Shown: piece by piece, positions 30,209 to 38,468 of the stretch
Numbering within the stretch: position 1 is the stretch's first letter
How the letters are laid out: each line of letters starts with the position of its first letter
DNA from: a virus
Taxonomy: Duplodnaviria; Caudoviricetes
IMG/VR virus record: IMGVR_UViG_3300002220_000288
Coordinates: 33,491 to 97,490 of that record
DNA: 64,000 nucleotides
Reading direction: 5' to 3' (one strand)
Program-made: the position numbers and the translations under genes
The notes under the pieces: generated by a model
What the model saw: only the letters and a program-made list of their open reading frames with translations
The model's database searches: none
Told to the model about the DNA's origin: nothing

Positions 30209-30641
30209 CTCCGCCCTCCGGTGTGTCAATAAACTCTACGTCGATTACTTCTGCTTTTTGCTTGACAGAAGCATCACGAGCCTCCATCTGCTTAATCAGT
30301 GATTCAAGAGAAGCGCCGCTTCCGTTGTTCACGGTCGTATTCCCGTTTTGAGTTAGTATGTTCTGGGTGATATTGACTCCGCCTCCAGATTTCAAGCCTA
30401 GAATCTCCGCCGCTAGTTCCATCACCTTGATATTGGGGTTCTCGTTGTCTAAGTGCTTTACTATCGACTTCCGAAGCTTTTCGTAGTAATCTGGAGCATC
30501 CTCAATAAGCCGGTCTTTTATCCAGGTATCAAAGCTTGCCGCCGTAGGAGGCGCAATCTCACTCTTGTCCCGAACGATAATCTCAAGTGATTCTATATTC
30601 TTATCCGGCTTTTGTTTCATTGTGGTTGTATTTAGCTCCAA
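30192..30641 (-). CDS. Possible terminase small subunit
   Basis: Upstream of TerL; helical, with a C-terminal EVIDVE motif. Confidence 0.4.
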   Translation of the reverse strand: MELNTTTMKQKPDKNIESLEIIVRDKSEIAPPTAASFDTWIKDRLIEDAPDYYEKLRKSIVKHLDNENPNIKVMELAAEILGLKSGGGVNITQNILTQNGNTTVNNGSGASLESLIKQMEARDASVKQKAEVIDVEFIDTPEGGDGKKV

Positions 30642-30795
30642 TGGCGTTGATAGCTGAGATCATGAACTCTCGGCCTTCTTGGAGTTTCTGTATGGCTTCA
30701 TTCTGCTTTGAATCAAGAGACACGCCGCAGTCCTTCTTCTTGGAAAGCTTGCTGCTTGGCATACAAGACTCTAAGAAGTTAGTTATGCTCATCAT
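30601..30795 (-). CDS. Hypothetical protein
   Basis: Short ORF filling the operon. Confidence 0.35.
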   Translation of the reverse strand: MMSITNFLESCMPSSKLSKKKDCGVSLDSKQNEAIQKLQEGREFMISAINAIGAKYNHNETKAG

Positions 30796-31054
30796 CGTCT
30801 ACTACCTTTCTTTCAATTCGCTCAAGGGCTTGAACGATCTTCTCAGTAGACTCGAACATGGACCTGCTGGCAAGGATTGATTCTTTAATCAGTTCTTCTC
30901 TTTTGTCGCGTTCGTCCATTAGTTGATTGTCTTTGGAGATTACAAGCCCCCATAGTGTTTTTACCGCATACATTAAAGATACCGTAAGAGCAGTGCTCCC
31001 GCCCGTTTCAATCAAAGTCTTGATTGCGCCTATCTCTTGTCCAGTGGCCTGCAT
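30779..31054 (-). CDS. Holin-like membrane protein
   Basis: One TM helix followed by a charged coiled coil. Confidence 0.4.
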   Translation of the reverse strand: MQATGQEIGAIKTLIETGGSTALTVSLMYAVKTLWGLVISKDNQLMDERDKREELIKESILASRSMFESTEKIVQALERIERKVVDDDEHN

Positions 31055-31473
31055 GTTATTTTCGATGCCTCTTTGAAATGGACGCAGCCTTTTTTCGGCT
31101 GCTTAGAGAACTGCTTGCCCTTAGCTGTATCTTCACGCTTCTTTTTGGTTGTCGCAGCATAGTCTTTGGCCGACATAGCTTTGATTGCCTTTTTCGGAAG
31201 ATACCTCTCGCCAGTGGCTTTCGGCCCCTGAATGGACGGCTTACCGCTCTTAGTTGTCCATTCAGCCTTACTCCATTTAGATAGAGACTTCTGCGGCGCT
31301 GCCTTCTTACCTTTGTACCCTCCACCAGCCTCTTCGTATCGCTTAGCTACGATCTGACTCTTTCGGGCACTCCACTGGCCTGCTTTTCCGCCTTTAGCCC
31401 CGGCTTTTACCTCGGAAACGATCTTAGCGCGAAGAGCAGGCTTAGTGTAGTTCTTGGCAGCATTGACGGCCAT
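31030..31473 (-). CDS. Lys-rich protein (DUF5872-like)
   Basis: NYTKPALR..GGKAGQWSARK..Y..AGGGY..QKSLSKW...W.TKSG...GERYLP. Confidence 0.75.
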   Translation of the reverse strand: MAVNAAKNYTKPALRAKIVSEVKAGAKGGKAGQWSARKSQIVAKRYEEAGGGYKGKKAAPQKSLSKWSKAEWTTKSGKPSIQGPKATGERYLPKKAIKAMSAKDYAATTKKKREDTAKGKQFSKQPKKGCVHFKEASKITCRPLDKR

Positions 31474-31475
31474 TG

Positions 31476-31613
31476 CTACTTGCCTTTCTTGACAGCCTTC
31501 TTAACGGCCTTCTTCAACGCCTTCTTATCAGCGACAGGTTCCTTTTCGCTCTTGCCCTTCATGGCCTTCTTGAAAGGCAGACCCTTCTCTTCCATCTTTT
31601 TATCGTGTTTCAT
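31476..31613 (-). CDS. 45-aa Lys-rich microprotein (not in the ORF track)
   Basis: MKHDKKMEEKGLPFKKAMKGKSEKEPVADKKALKKAVKKAVKKGK; fills the gap between its neighbours. Confidence 0.6.
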   Translation of the reverse strand: MKHDKKMEEKGLPFKKAMKGKSEKEPVADKKALKKAVKKAVKKGK

Positions 31614-31614
31614 A

Positions 31615-31980
31615 CTAGTATTTCTTCACTTTCTGACTCTTGGGCGGAGCCTTTTTTGACCCTGAAGGGCCAGCCCATAAAACCTTGCGCGACCAGTAGT
31701 TGGCCGACAGCTTGGAATCTTTGCCTTTGATACCAGCACTACGGGCCATATAGCTCTTTCTGGCCGCTGCGCTGTAGTTGTGACCCATCTTGGCGTCACC
31801 AAAATGGACAAGCTTAACAGTGTCGCCTTCCTTGGCAAGAACCATCTTCTTCTTGCCGGGACGATCTGACTTTACTGGCTTATTGTATCCAGGAAACTTT
31901 TTCCCCCTGTATTCGATGCCGCTTCCGGTTCGCTTTGGCGCACCGGCCTTTTTTACTGGAGTTGCTTTCTTTTCAGCCAT
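31615..31980 (-). CDS. Lys-rich basic phage protein
   Basis: Start MAEKK at 31980 with AAGGA RBS; GYNKP..KK.VL..VHFG..RKSY.AR..SANYWS motif common in aquatic phages. Confidence 0.7.
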   Translation of the reverse strand: MAEKKATPVKKAGAPKRTGSGIEYRGKKFPGYNKPVKSDRPGKKKMVLAKEGDTVKLVHFGDAKMGHNYSAAARKSYMARSAGIKGKDSKLSANYWSRKVLWAGPSGSKKAPPKSQKVKKY

Positions 31981-31988
31981 ATAGATCC

Positions 31989-32957
31989 TTAATAACTTGG
32001 ATACCACTTCAAAGCGCCTGCGTCGTAACACATAGTCAACGCCTTGCTCACCACCGCAGTAGTCGCCAGGGCGATATTCCCGCTCGTGTCTGTTGACCAT
32101 AGGCCATCTGGAATCAAAGTCAAACACCCTCCCCGATTAGTGCCAGTAAATCCTACAGGTGGCGTGATAGTAGAAATCGTGGTTGTTCCGGTTACGTGAG
32201 TGATCGACTTAATTGGAGAAATCGTAGCCGTAGATGCGATTGCGGACCCCACTTCAAGGGCAGATCCTGCGCTCTGAACGTAGGTTATCATCTGAGCTGT
32301 CAAGATTACAGATGGGGTATCCGGTCGAGCTGGATCGGTCATCGTGTCCATGTGCTGAATGGACACGTCTATATCAGGAGAACTCCACATGAATTGGATA
32401 TAATCCCCCGACTCGACAGGAATGACAAAATTCCATGCCGCCACCAACTTCCCGTTGTTTCCGGTAATAGTTGCGACTGTATTCGTGTATGGAACATTTG
32501 TCCCGTTTTTCTTGATCCATACATTAACATCATCGTTATTGCTATCGGTCTTAACGAACTGAGCGGAGAACTGGATGTTATAGACACCAGCGCTAGCAAA
32601 CGTGAGCTTACTTCCGTCAACCATCGTTATTCCGCTATTAAGAGGATCGGCAGAATCAAACGTCATTACGTTAGCGGCTGTAGTTCCGCCGTTAGTCTGG
32701 TCCGTTGTGTCGTAGAAAGCGCCCCAATACCCAACAGAACCTGTAAGCGCCCCGATTGGTGCCCATGTTCCATCAGCACGCAAGAAATTTTCCGTGCCTC
32801 CCCCAGACTGAGGGACAACTCCAAGGCTAGTGGAGCCAAATTGAGCAGGAAAGCAGTCGAGCCTCTGCGTAAGCGGATTAAATACAAACCTAGCGCACTG
32901 GCCAAGCAGAGATAGGGAAAAGAAAAGCGATAAGAAAATAGCCTTAGTTGTAGGCAT
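31989..32957 (-). CDS. Exported fibre-like protein with a C1q/TNF-like domain
   Basis: Start MPTTKAIFLSLFFSLSLLGQ; FLRADGTW motif; AGVYNIQFSAQ..VWIKKNG domain. Confidence 0.6.
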   Translation of the reverse strand: MPTTKAIFLSLFFSLSLLGQCARFVFNPLTQRLDCFPAQFGSTSLGVVPQSGGGTENFLRADGTWAPIGALTGSVGYWGAFYDTTDQTNGGTTAANVMTFDSADPLNSGITMVDGSKLTFASAGVYNIQFSAQFVKTDSNNDDVNVWIKKNGTNVPYTNTVATITGNNGKLVAAWNFVIPVESGDYIQFMWSSPDIDVSIQHMDTMTDPARPDTPSVILTAQMITYVQSAGSALEVGSAIASTATISPIKSITHVTGTTTISTITPPVGFTGTNRGGCLTLIPDGLWSTDTSGNIALATTAVVSKALTMCYDAGALKWYPSY

Positions 32958-33522
32958 AACTCGCTCGGTCAGTGCATGACTTATTCGCAACGGTATTACC
33001 TTCGGCCCACGCGATCCTGTCCGTGTAGGTCGTAGTATAGAACATCTTCTCAATCGACCAAATCAATGCGTTTGCGCGAGGGGCATTGGTGGCCATTTGC
33101 ATCGCTACATCAGTAGTGCCGTCATACGTACCGTCAGTAACGCTGGCGGTAGTAATCGTGAACGTGGTGTCCGTAGGGGCAGTAACCACGACATAAATCC
33201 CATTCAAGTCCACGTCAGTAGTCACGCCTGTAATCTGAACTCGATTACCGATCGAAAGTCCGTGAGCCACAGCCGTTGTCACAGTAGCGGTGTTAGAGGA
33301 GTCAACAATCGAAGTCAATACAGGCGAGGATCCAGCGGCATACCAATTATAAGTAGACTGATTACTGAGAGCCTTGCAGATATACTCAGTGTTATTGGAT
33401 CCATCCCTAAAAAACAGAGACGTATAGGCCGTGTTTGGCGGAGAAATCGACTGAGTATATTCCGGGGAAGTTTGAGCCACAAGACTCAAAGAAATGGCGA
33501 TAAAAACAATTAGGGTGCGCAT
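32944..33522 (-). CDS. Exported beta-rich protein
   Basis: Signal peptide MRTLIVFIAISLSLVAQ; ATVTTAVAHGLSIGNRVQITG..NGIYVV motif of phage structural domains. Confidence 0.6.
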   Translation of the reverse strand: MRTLIVFIAISLSLVAQTSPEYTQSISPPNTAYTSLFFRDGSNNTEYICKALSNQSTYNWYAAGSSPVLTSIVDSSNTATVTTAVAHGLSIGNRVQITGVTTDVDLNGIYVVVTAPTDTTFTITTASVTDGTYDGTTDVAMQMATNAPRANALIWSIEKMFYTTTYTDRIAWAEGNTVANKSCTDRASYAYN

Positions 33523-33569
33523 CCTTATTCAATAATAAGCGAGTCGCACCCTTAATGGCTAAGTTTTTC

Positions 33570-34151
33570 TTAGACGCTTGCCGTGAATCCTGCCATGGAA
33601 GCAATGTCGGAAGGAATCGCTCGAAGAGGGATCGTTGAGTTAGGAACCGGCTTATCAACCCTCCGCAAGATATTATTCACGCTCTTCTTTACTTCGTCAA
33701 GCGCGTAATCTACATTGGCTTCTGGCTCGTCCACTGAGAAGAAGTAATTCATCTTGAATTCAGGGCTTTCAATCGCTTGAAAAATCACCCCGATACCCTT
33801 CATCCCGTTAGGATCCTTGACGAGTCCAGCCCGAAAGCCAATCTCTTTCTCCCAGCCATCAGGCTTCGTTGTGAATCCCATGTCGAACTTGCTTAAATGG
33901 TTAAACAGCTCGTCTGTCTTCCAGGCAGGTGCGTTCGGATTCTTCTTCACGGTCTTGTTTATGTCGATAGTCTTTGGCTTTGCGGCCTGCGGAATAGGCG
34001 GCGGAGGTGGAGGAGGCGCTTGCGACTGCATAGGCGAAACCCCGAGTTCGTTTGCGATCTCCATATACTCAAGCACTAAATCAGCCGCTTGCTCTGGACT
34101 TAAACTCAATTGATCGGCCTTAGTTAAAGCCTTTACGATTACATTCTTCAT
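33570..34151 (-). CDS. Hypothetical protein with poly-Pro linker
   Basis: 193-aa ORF containing PPPPPPP. Confidence 0.6.
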   Translation of the reverse strand: MKNVIVKALTKADQLSLSPEQAADLVLEYMEIANELGVSPMQSQAPPPPPPPIPQAAKPKTIDINKTVKKNPNAPAWKTDELFNHLSKFDMGFTTKPDGWEKEIGFRAGLVKDPNGMKGIGVIFQAIESPEFKMNYFFSVDEPEANVDYALDEVKKSVNNILRRVDKPVPNSTIPLRAIPSDIASMAGFTASV

Positions 34152-34160
34152 CTTTGCCTT

Positions 34161-34628
34161 TCAAAGTGACATGCTTATTTCTGACAGTTGGCCGCTAGAC
34201 AGGCGCTCAAGTTCATAGTCTGCGGCCTTATACTTAGCTAGTTCCGGGTCTACCCCTTGCTCGATCAGCTCTTTCTGGATACTCTCAAAAGAGTCCTGTA
34301 GAGTGAACATCGAAAGAGGCTGCGCGGCCTGCTCTTGCGCCGGAGGCATCATGATGGACTGGATTTCGGCCAACATTTCTTGCATTTGAATCGCGCTCTT
34401 AGCAATTGAGTTAGCAGCCTTGTCGTTGTCTGCCGCTGCGTTAGAATAAATCTCAAACATTCGCTCAAGCTTGGCAACGTCATGTTCAATCTTTTCTGAG
34501 GCATGACTCAGGACTGCAAAATTTGCAGTAATCGACATCAGCTTCTGATAGGCGGAGTAAGCCATGTAGACCACAGCGCAAGCCACAACCCCAAAAATAA
34601 ACCCAAAGACATTATTCTGGTCAAGCAT
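34161..34628 (-). CDS. Membrane-anchored coiled-coil protein
   Basis: N-terminal TM helix FGFIFGVVACAVVYMAY. Confidence 0.55.
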   Translation of the reverse strand: MLDQNNVFGFIFGVVACAVVYMAYSAYQKLMSITANFAVLSHASEKIEHDVAKLERMFEIYSNAAADNDKAANSIAKSAIQMQEMLAEIQSIMMPPAQEQAAQPLSMFTLQDSFESIQKELIEQGVDPELAKYKAADYELERLSSGQLSEISMSL

Positions 34629-34929
34629 CTTGACTCCGGTTTCCTGGGAAAGTGACCGATGTAGCAATAATATTCGGTCCTTTAGATCCAGAAGGCGCTA
34701 CTCTTCCCTGGACAACCACGGCCTTACCCTTGGTCAGATATTTATAGATAGTGCCAGGGCGAAGCATAGTTATTCGATGCTCTTCTCTTACTTTTGACTT
34801 TCTATCCTCAGTCTTTATCGACCGAAATGTGATTACGGAAAAGTCACAGTATTCAATCCCATCGGTTTCGTATAAAGTAGCTCCTGAGCTGATATTGCCG
34901 CTAACTACAGCTAAATTCAATGTCTCCAT
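34621..34929 (-). CDS. SSB-like OB-fold protein without an acidic tail
   Basis: LNLAVVSGNI...YLTKGKAVVVQGRV. Confidence 0.65.
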   Translation of the reverse strand: METLNLAVVSGNISSGATLYETDGIEYCDFSVITFRSIKTEDRKSKVREEHRITMLRPGTIYKYLTKGKAVVVQGRVAPSGSKGPNIIATSVTFPGNRSQDA

Positions 34930-35155
34930 TAACCTGTTCCTTGTTGTTCTTAAACTTGCTCCAGGTCCAGTTTGTCACGAAAGTCGGACAATGAGTTTCG
35001 ATCCTATAGCAAGAGTTGCAAGCCAATCCATCACTCCTCCCGTAAAGCCTTCCGCCGCAATCGCAGCGCAACACATCCCATCTACCGTCTCTCTGGTAAG
35101 TGTTAATCGACTTTTGTTGTTCGTCCGTAAAAGGAGCGGATGTAGTGAATCCCAT
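34901..35155 (-). CDS. Small zinc-ribbon protein
   Basis: APFT..Q..SIN.YQ, CDC...CNSC. Confidence 0.6.
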   Translation of the reverse strand: MGFTTSAPFTDEQQKSINTYQRDGRWDVLRCDCGGRLYGRSDGLACNSCYRIETHCPTFVTNWTWSKFKNNKEQVNGDIEFSCS

Positions 35156-35195
35156 GCAACTCTACTATAGGTTATCACGAAACGTTTATTATTGA

Positions 35196-35588
35196 TTAGA
35201 ATGGAGTGTCGTCGTCACCGAAAGGCGTGTTATCTACCGCCGACGACTGCTTTTGTCCGCCGCTGTTACCGCCAAGAAGAACAATATTGTCGCAAACAAC
35301 TTCAGATACGTACTTGCGATCTCCATTTTTATCCTGGTAAGAGCGAGTAGTGTATCGGCCCTCTACGCATACCTTAGCGCCTTTTACTAGGTATTGAGAG
35401 ACACCACTTTTGTTCCAGGCAACAACGTTGTGCCAGTCAGTCTCTTCGACCCACTCATCTCCCTTCTTGTAGCTGTATCCAGTAGCCATCGAGAACTTAG
35501 TCACCGAAGCATTGGCTGAGACTTGGGTTGTTTCCGCATCTCGTCCGATAACTCCAACGCCAATCCATTTATTGAGTGATTTTGCCAT
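35196..35588 (-). CDS. ssb: Single-stranded DNA-binding protein
   Basis: SLNKWIGVG.IGRD, ETDWHNVVAW, YLVKG..V.VEGR, C-terminal DDDTPF. Confidence 0.93.
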   Translation of the reverse strand: MAKSLNKWIGVGVIGRDAETTQVSANASVTKFSMATGYSYKKGDEWVEETDWHNVVAWNKSGVSQYLVKGAKVCVEGRYTTRSYQDKNGDRKYVSEVVCDNIVLLGGNSGGQKQSSAVDNTPFGDDDTPF

Positions 35589-35790
35589 TTTTCTCTTTCT
35601 CCATTCTTCGCCGCTTTTCTCTAGCGGCAATATCAGCCTTTTCGTTCCATTTTACGTCTTTCAGATGAGGAAAGGCCGCCTCAAGCTTTCTTACTGACTC
35701 AGAAATCGGTATCTTATCTTTTACATCATCAGCCTGAACGTACACTATCTGACTCCTTGGTAGGCAATTACTCCAGAATCGGTAGTCCAA
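35569..35790 (-). CDS. Hypothetical protein
   Basis: Short ORF overlapping its neighbours. Confidence 0.35.
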   Translation of the reverse strand: MDYRFWSNCLPRSQIVYVQADDVKDKIPISESVRKLEAAFPHLKDVKWNEKADIAAREKRRRMEKEKNGKITQ

Positions 35791-36152
35791 AAGACACCTT
35801 TAGGGGAGTAGTGGTAAATCAATCCCATGCACCCATCACACGGCTTAGCCAGCGCCGGAACTAATCTGCCATCTTGACCCTTCTTGACTCTCACTACGTA
35901 CATATAAGCATCGCTCAAGTCGTCGAGGATTTTAGTTGCCTTAACTAGCGCGTCCGTCTCTGCGTGAAGGAATATTCGATGGGGGTTAGAACTGAATCTC
36001 TTCTGGACCGGGTGGCTTTTAAGAGAGTTTACCCCCACCGAAACACACAAGCTACGAACCCAGATGGAAGCTGCAAGCTTACCAGCGCCGACTTTTTCAA
36101 CCCTAGCCGCCACCTTTAGCAGTTCTTTAATCCTGGATTCGTGCTTCCTCAC
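35745..36152 (-). CDS. Zinc-dependent cytidine/dCMP deaminase-like protein
   Basis: HAE and PCDGC motifs. Confidence 0.85.
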   Translation of the reverse strand: MRKHESRIKELLKVAARVEKVGAGKLAASIWVRSLCVSVGVNSLKSHPVQKRFSSNPHRIFLHAETDALVKATKILDDLSDAYMYVVRVKKGQDGRLVPALAKPCDGCMGLIYHYSPKGVFWTTDSGVIAYQGVR

Positions 36153-36640
36153 TTCTTCCGCGCCTTAGTCCCCGTCGAGCCAATACCGGCAACGCCACGG
36201 TCTGTATCTACGTCAACAGACTCGACCTCCTCAAACTCAACGTTCAATACGGGTTGAATGACAAGCTGAGCGACCCGGTCACCCGGTTCAAGCACAGTAT
36301 TCCCACACTGAACACACTTGTTCATATCTCCAGTCTGAAACGGCGGGATTCCAGTCAGTGAGCCAAGAATTACCATGATCTCACCACGATATCCAGAATC
36401 AATCGTACCGGGGGAATTGGCAACCACAATCCCCTTAGACGCAAGGCCAGACCGGGCTCGAACCTGAGCCTCATACCCAGGAGGCAGTGCGATCTTTAGG
36501 CCAGTATGAGCAATCACCGTAAAGTCCTTCTTTTCAAAAGAAACGGCAACTAGGTCAAAGGCTGCGTCGGACTCGTTCGCTTTTTCAGGCGGAACTGCGT
36601 CCGGGTGAATCATTTCAAAATCAATCTTCAGTGGGTTCAT
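36149..36640 (-). CDS. dut: Trimeric dUTPase
   Basis: [33 protein letters not shown]. Confidence 0.95.
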   Translation of the reverse strand: MNPLKIDFEMIHPDAVPPEKANESDAAFDLVAVSFEKKDFTVIAHTGLKIALPPGYEAQVRARSGLASKGIVVANSPGTIDSGYRGEIMVILGSLTGIPPFQTGDMNKCVQCGNTVLEPGDRVAQLVIQPVLNVEFEEVESVDVDTDRGVAGIGSTGTKARKK

Positions 36641-36965
36641 TCGCATCTCCTTCTTTAATCAATTCAAGGTCGTAAAGATCAAACCGCATCATGATGTACT
36701 CAAAAACGCGGTCGATCTTATAAATCACAACGCTCAACAGCGCCATCAACATCAAATTACCGGCGCTTTCCCTTTGCTCCTTTGAATCTGCTACTGCAAA
36801 AATTGCAGTAGACACAACAAACAAAGCAAGCGGAAGCAGTCCAGATAAGTAATAAAGGACCTCTCCCTTGACAGGAAACAGGCTTTCAATCTCATCTAAT
36901 CGCTTGCCCGTCTCTTCCAGCATTTCTTCTACGTCGCTCTCAGAGAGCCTTAAATCATCATTCAT
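36621..36965 (-). CDS. Membrane protein (2 TM helices)
   Basis: Two hydrophobic helices. Confidence 0.55.
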   Translation of the reverse strand: MNDDLRLSESDVEEMLEETGKRLDEIESLFPVKGEVLYYLSGLLPLALFVVSTAIFAVADSKEQRESAGNLMLMALLSVVIYKIDRVFEYIMMRFDLYDLELIKEGDANEPTED

Positions 36966-37179
36966 CGTCTTCTTCCTCTTCTTCATCATCTTCGCTATCC
37001 ATCCCCATTACGGAGAAGGCCGCGTGAACTATTGCTCCGCCTGCGTACAAAGCCGAATCAGGAGTACACCTAAAACCCATCATTGGTCCTTGATCGGTGT
37101 CAATGATGTCTGCGTTAGGAAACGCAACCTCGATCATTCCGTCTGGCTTTGCCTCAACTCTGATTCTTAGTTCGTCCAA
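36958..37179 (-). CDS. Small acidic protein
   Basis: C-terminal [11 protein letters not shown]. Confidence 0.5.
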   Translation of the reverse strand: MDELRIRVEAKPDGMIEVAFPNADIIDTDQGPMMGFRCTPDSALYAGGAIVHAAFSVMGMDSEDDEEEEEDDE

Positions 37180-37339
37180 AGTAGTCTTCCATTCTTTGAT
37201 AGATAGAGGCCGGTTCAGATGAGCCAGCCCAGTTCTTCGCCTCGATCATTACCCCGCCTTGGAGATAGTAGTCGTTTTGGCTAGGATCAGGAACGCCAAT
37301 CCTTGTGAATATGTATCCTTCGGGGTGCATGACATTCAC
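37154..37339 (-). CDS. Hypothetical protein
   Basis: Short ORF within the operon. Confidence 0.45.
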   Translation of the reverse strand: MNVMHPEGYIFTRIGVPDPSQNDYYLQGGVMIEAKNWAGSSEPASIYQRMEDYFGRTKNQS

Positions 37340-37343
37340 TATT

Positions 37344-38000
37344 TTACAAGCCTAGCCAAGCCTTGTCAATGACATCCCACGAAATATCGTACTTATCTTC
37401 ACGGAAATTTGCGTGAGTGCATATGCCTTTCCATTTAGCGTAGAAAGGGACATCGAACTCATTGCGAATCTTTTCGTCGGCTATCCTCTTCTCTATTCCG
37501 AAGCGAGAACACAGGTGGTCAACTAAGACGCCAAGACCGACTTTCTGCTGATCCGTAAACGCGGCGTAGTAACTGTAGCCTCGATAGAATGTCTCAACGT
37601 AAGCGTTCTCGTCTTTCATGTCGCAATACTTGTTGGCGAAATTGTTCGGCCATGAGTACAGTGAGTCCCCCTTCCTCTTTAGGGGTCCGTAGTTGCATAT
37701 CTCAATGCCAATACTGCGTCTGTCGTTAAAATTGATATTGTCTTGCTTCTTGATTCCTAAATGGAGGCTCCAGAGATTAGGGTCGTAAACCTCATAGATA
37801 GCGCCATCGGTATCAAGCAGGTAAGGGGTTGATACGCGATTCTCGTTCTTTTGCCACCAATTAAACGAAGTTCTTGCTCTTCCGCCAGCGGTGAAGTGTA
37901 ATACGATCAGGTCTTTTTCTCTTTGCTGGTTAAAATAGCATTTATTCGATAAACGAAGTGTTTCTTTGTCGATCATAGGCTTGAAGCGTTTAGCATCCAT
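37344..38000 (-). CDS. N-acetylmuramoyl-L-alanine amidase (Amidase_2) endolysin
   Basis: IVLHFTAG, SIGIEI, H....R.DK.D zinc ligands. Confidence 0.88.
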   Translation of the reverse strand: MDAKRFKPMIDKETLRLSNKCYFNQQREKDLIVLHFTAGGRARTSFNWWQKNENRVSTPYLLDTDGAIYEVYDPNLWSLHLGIKKQDNINFNDRRSIGIEICNYGPLKRKGDSLYSWPNNFANKYCDMKDENAYVETFYRGYSYYAAFTDQQKVGLGVLVDHLCSRFGIEKRIADEKIRNEFDVPFYAKWKGICTHANFREDKYDISWDVIDKAWLGL

Positions 38001-38467
38001 AGAAGTTTATCGAGTGCGCGAGTGATGTCAATGTACATATCAGAAGTCGCATAGTCGCCGTTGTCTTCCGCGTACTCAATCCCATCACGGCAAGACTTCG
38101 CCATGTAAGAGACGCTAGACAGTACGGCCTCCAGGCATTGACGATCTTTTACTATGCCGTCCGGGAATTTCGGGAGCGTTGAGTTCTTCGATGCGTCAGA
38201 AAGCCTTCCATTGACGTATCCGCCGATCTGAGCGCATCTCTCTGCTACGATATCAATAAACCCGTCCACTTCGTTAGCTATCTTATCGAATAGCTTGTGA
38301 TACGTGACGAAGTTCTCTCCCTGGACATTCCAGTGAGCTTGCTTGGCGTGCGTCTTTAAGTCTGTCAAGTCAGCAAGCGTCTGATTTAAGATCAGCACTA
38401 GATTTTCTCTGTGCGTAGATTTCATTTCTATCGCACTGGTAACTAACTTCGGTCTCTCTGGCTTCAT
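37973..38467 (-). CDS. dps: Dps / ferritin-like DNA-protection protein
   Basis: KQAHWNVQG.NF..YHKLFD...D.VAER...GG and DKLLWML ferroxidase signature. Confidence 0.92.
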   Translation of the reverse strand: MKPERPKLVTSAIEMKSTHRENLVLILNQTLADLTDLKTHAKQAHWNVQGENFVTYHKLFDKIANEVDGFIDIVAERCAQIGGYVNGRLSDASKNSTLPKFPDGIVKDRQCLEAVLSSVSYMAKSCRDGIEYAEDNGDYATSDMYIDITRALDKLLWMLNASSL

Positions 38468-38468
38468 G

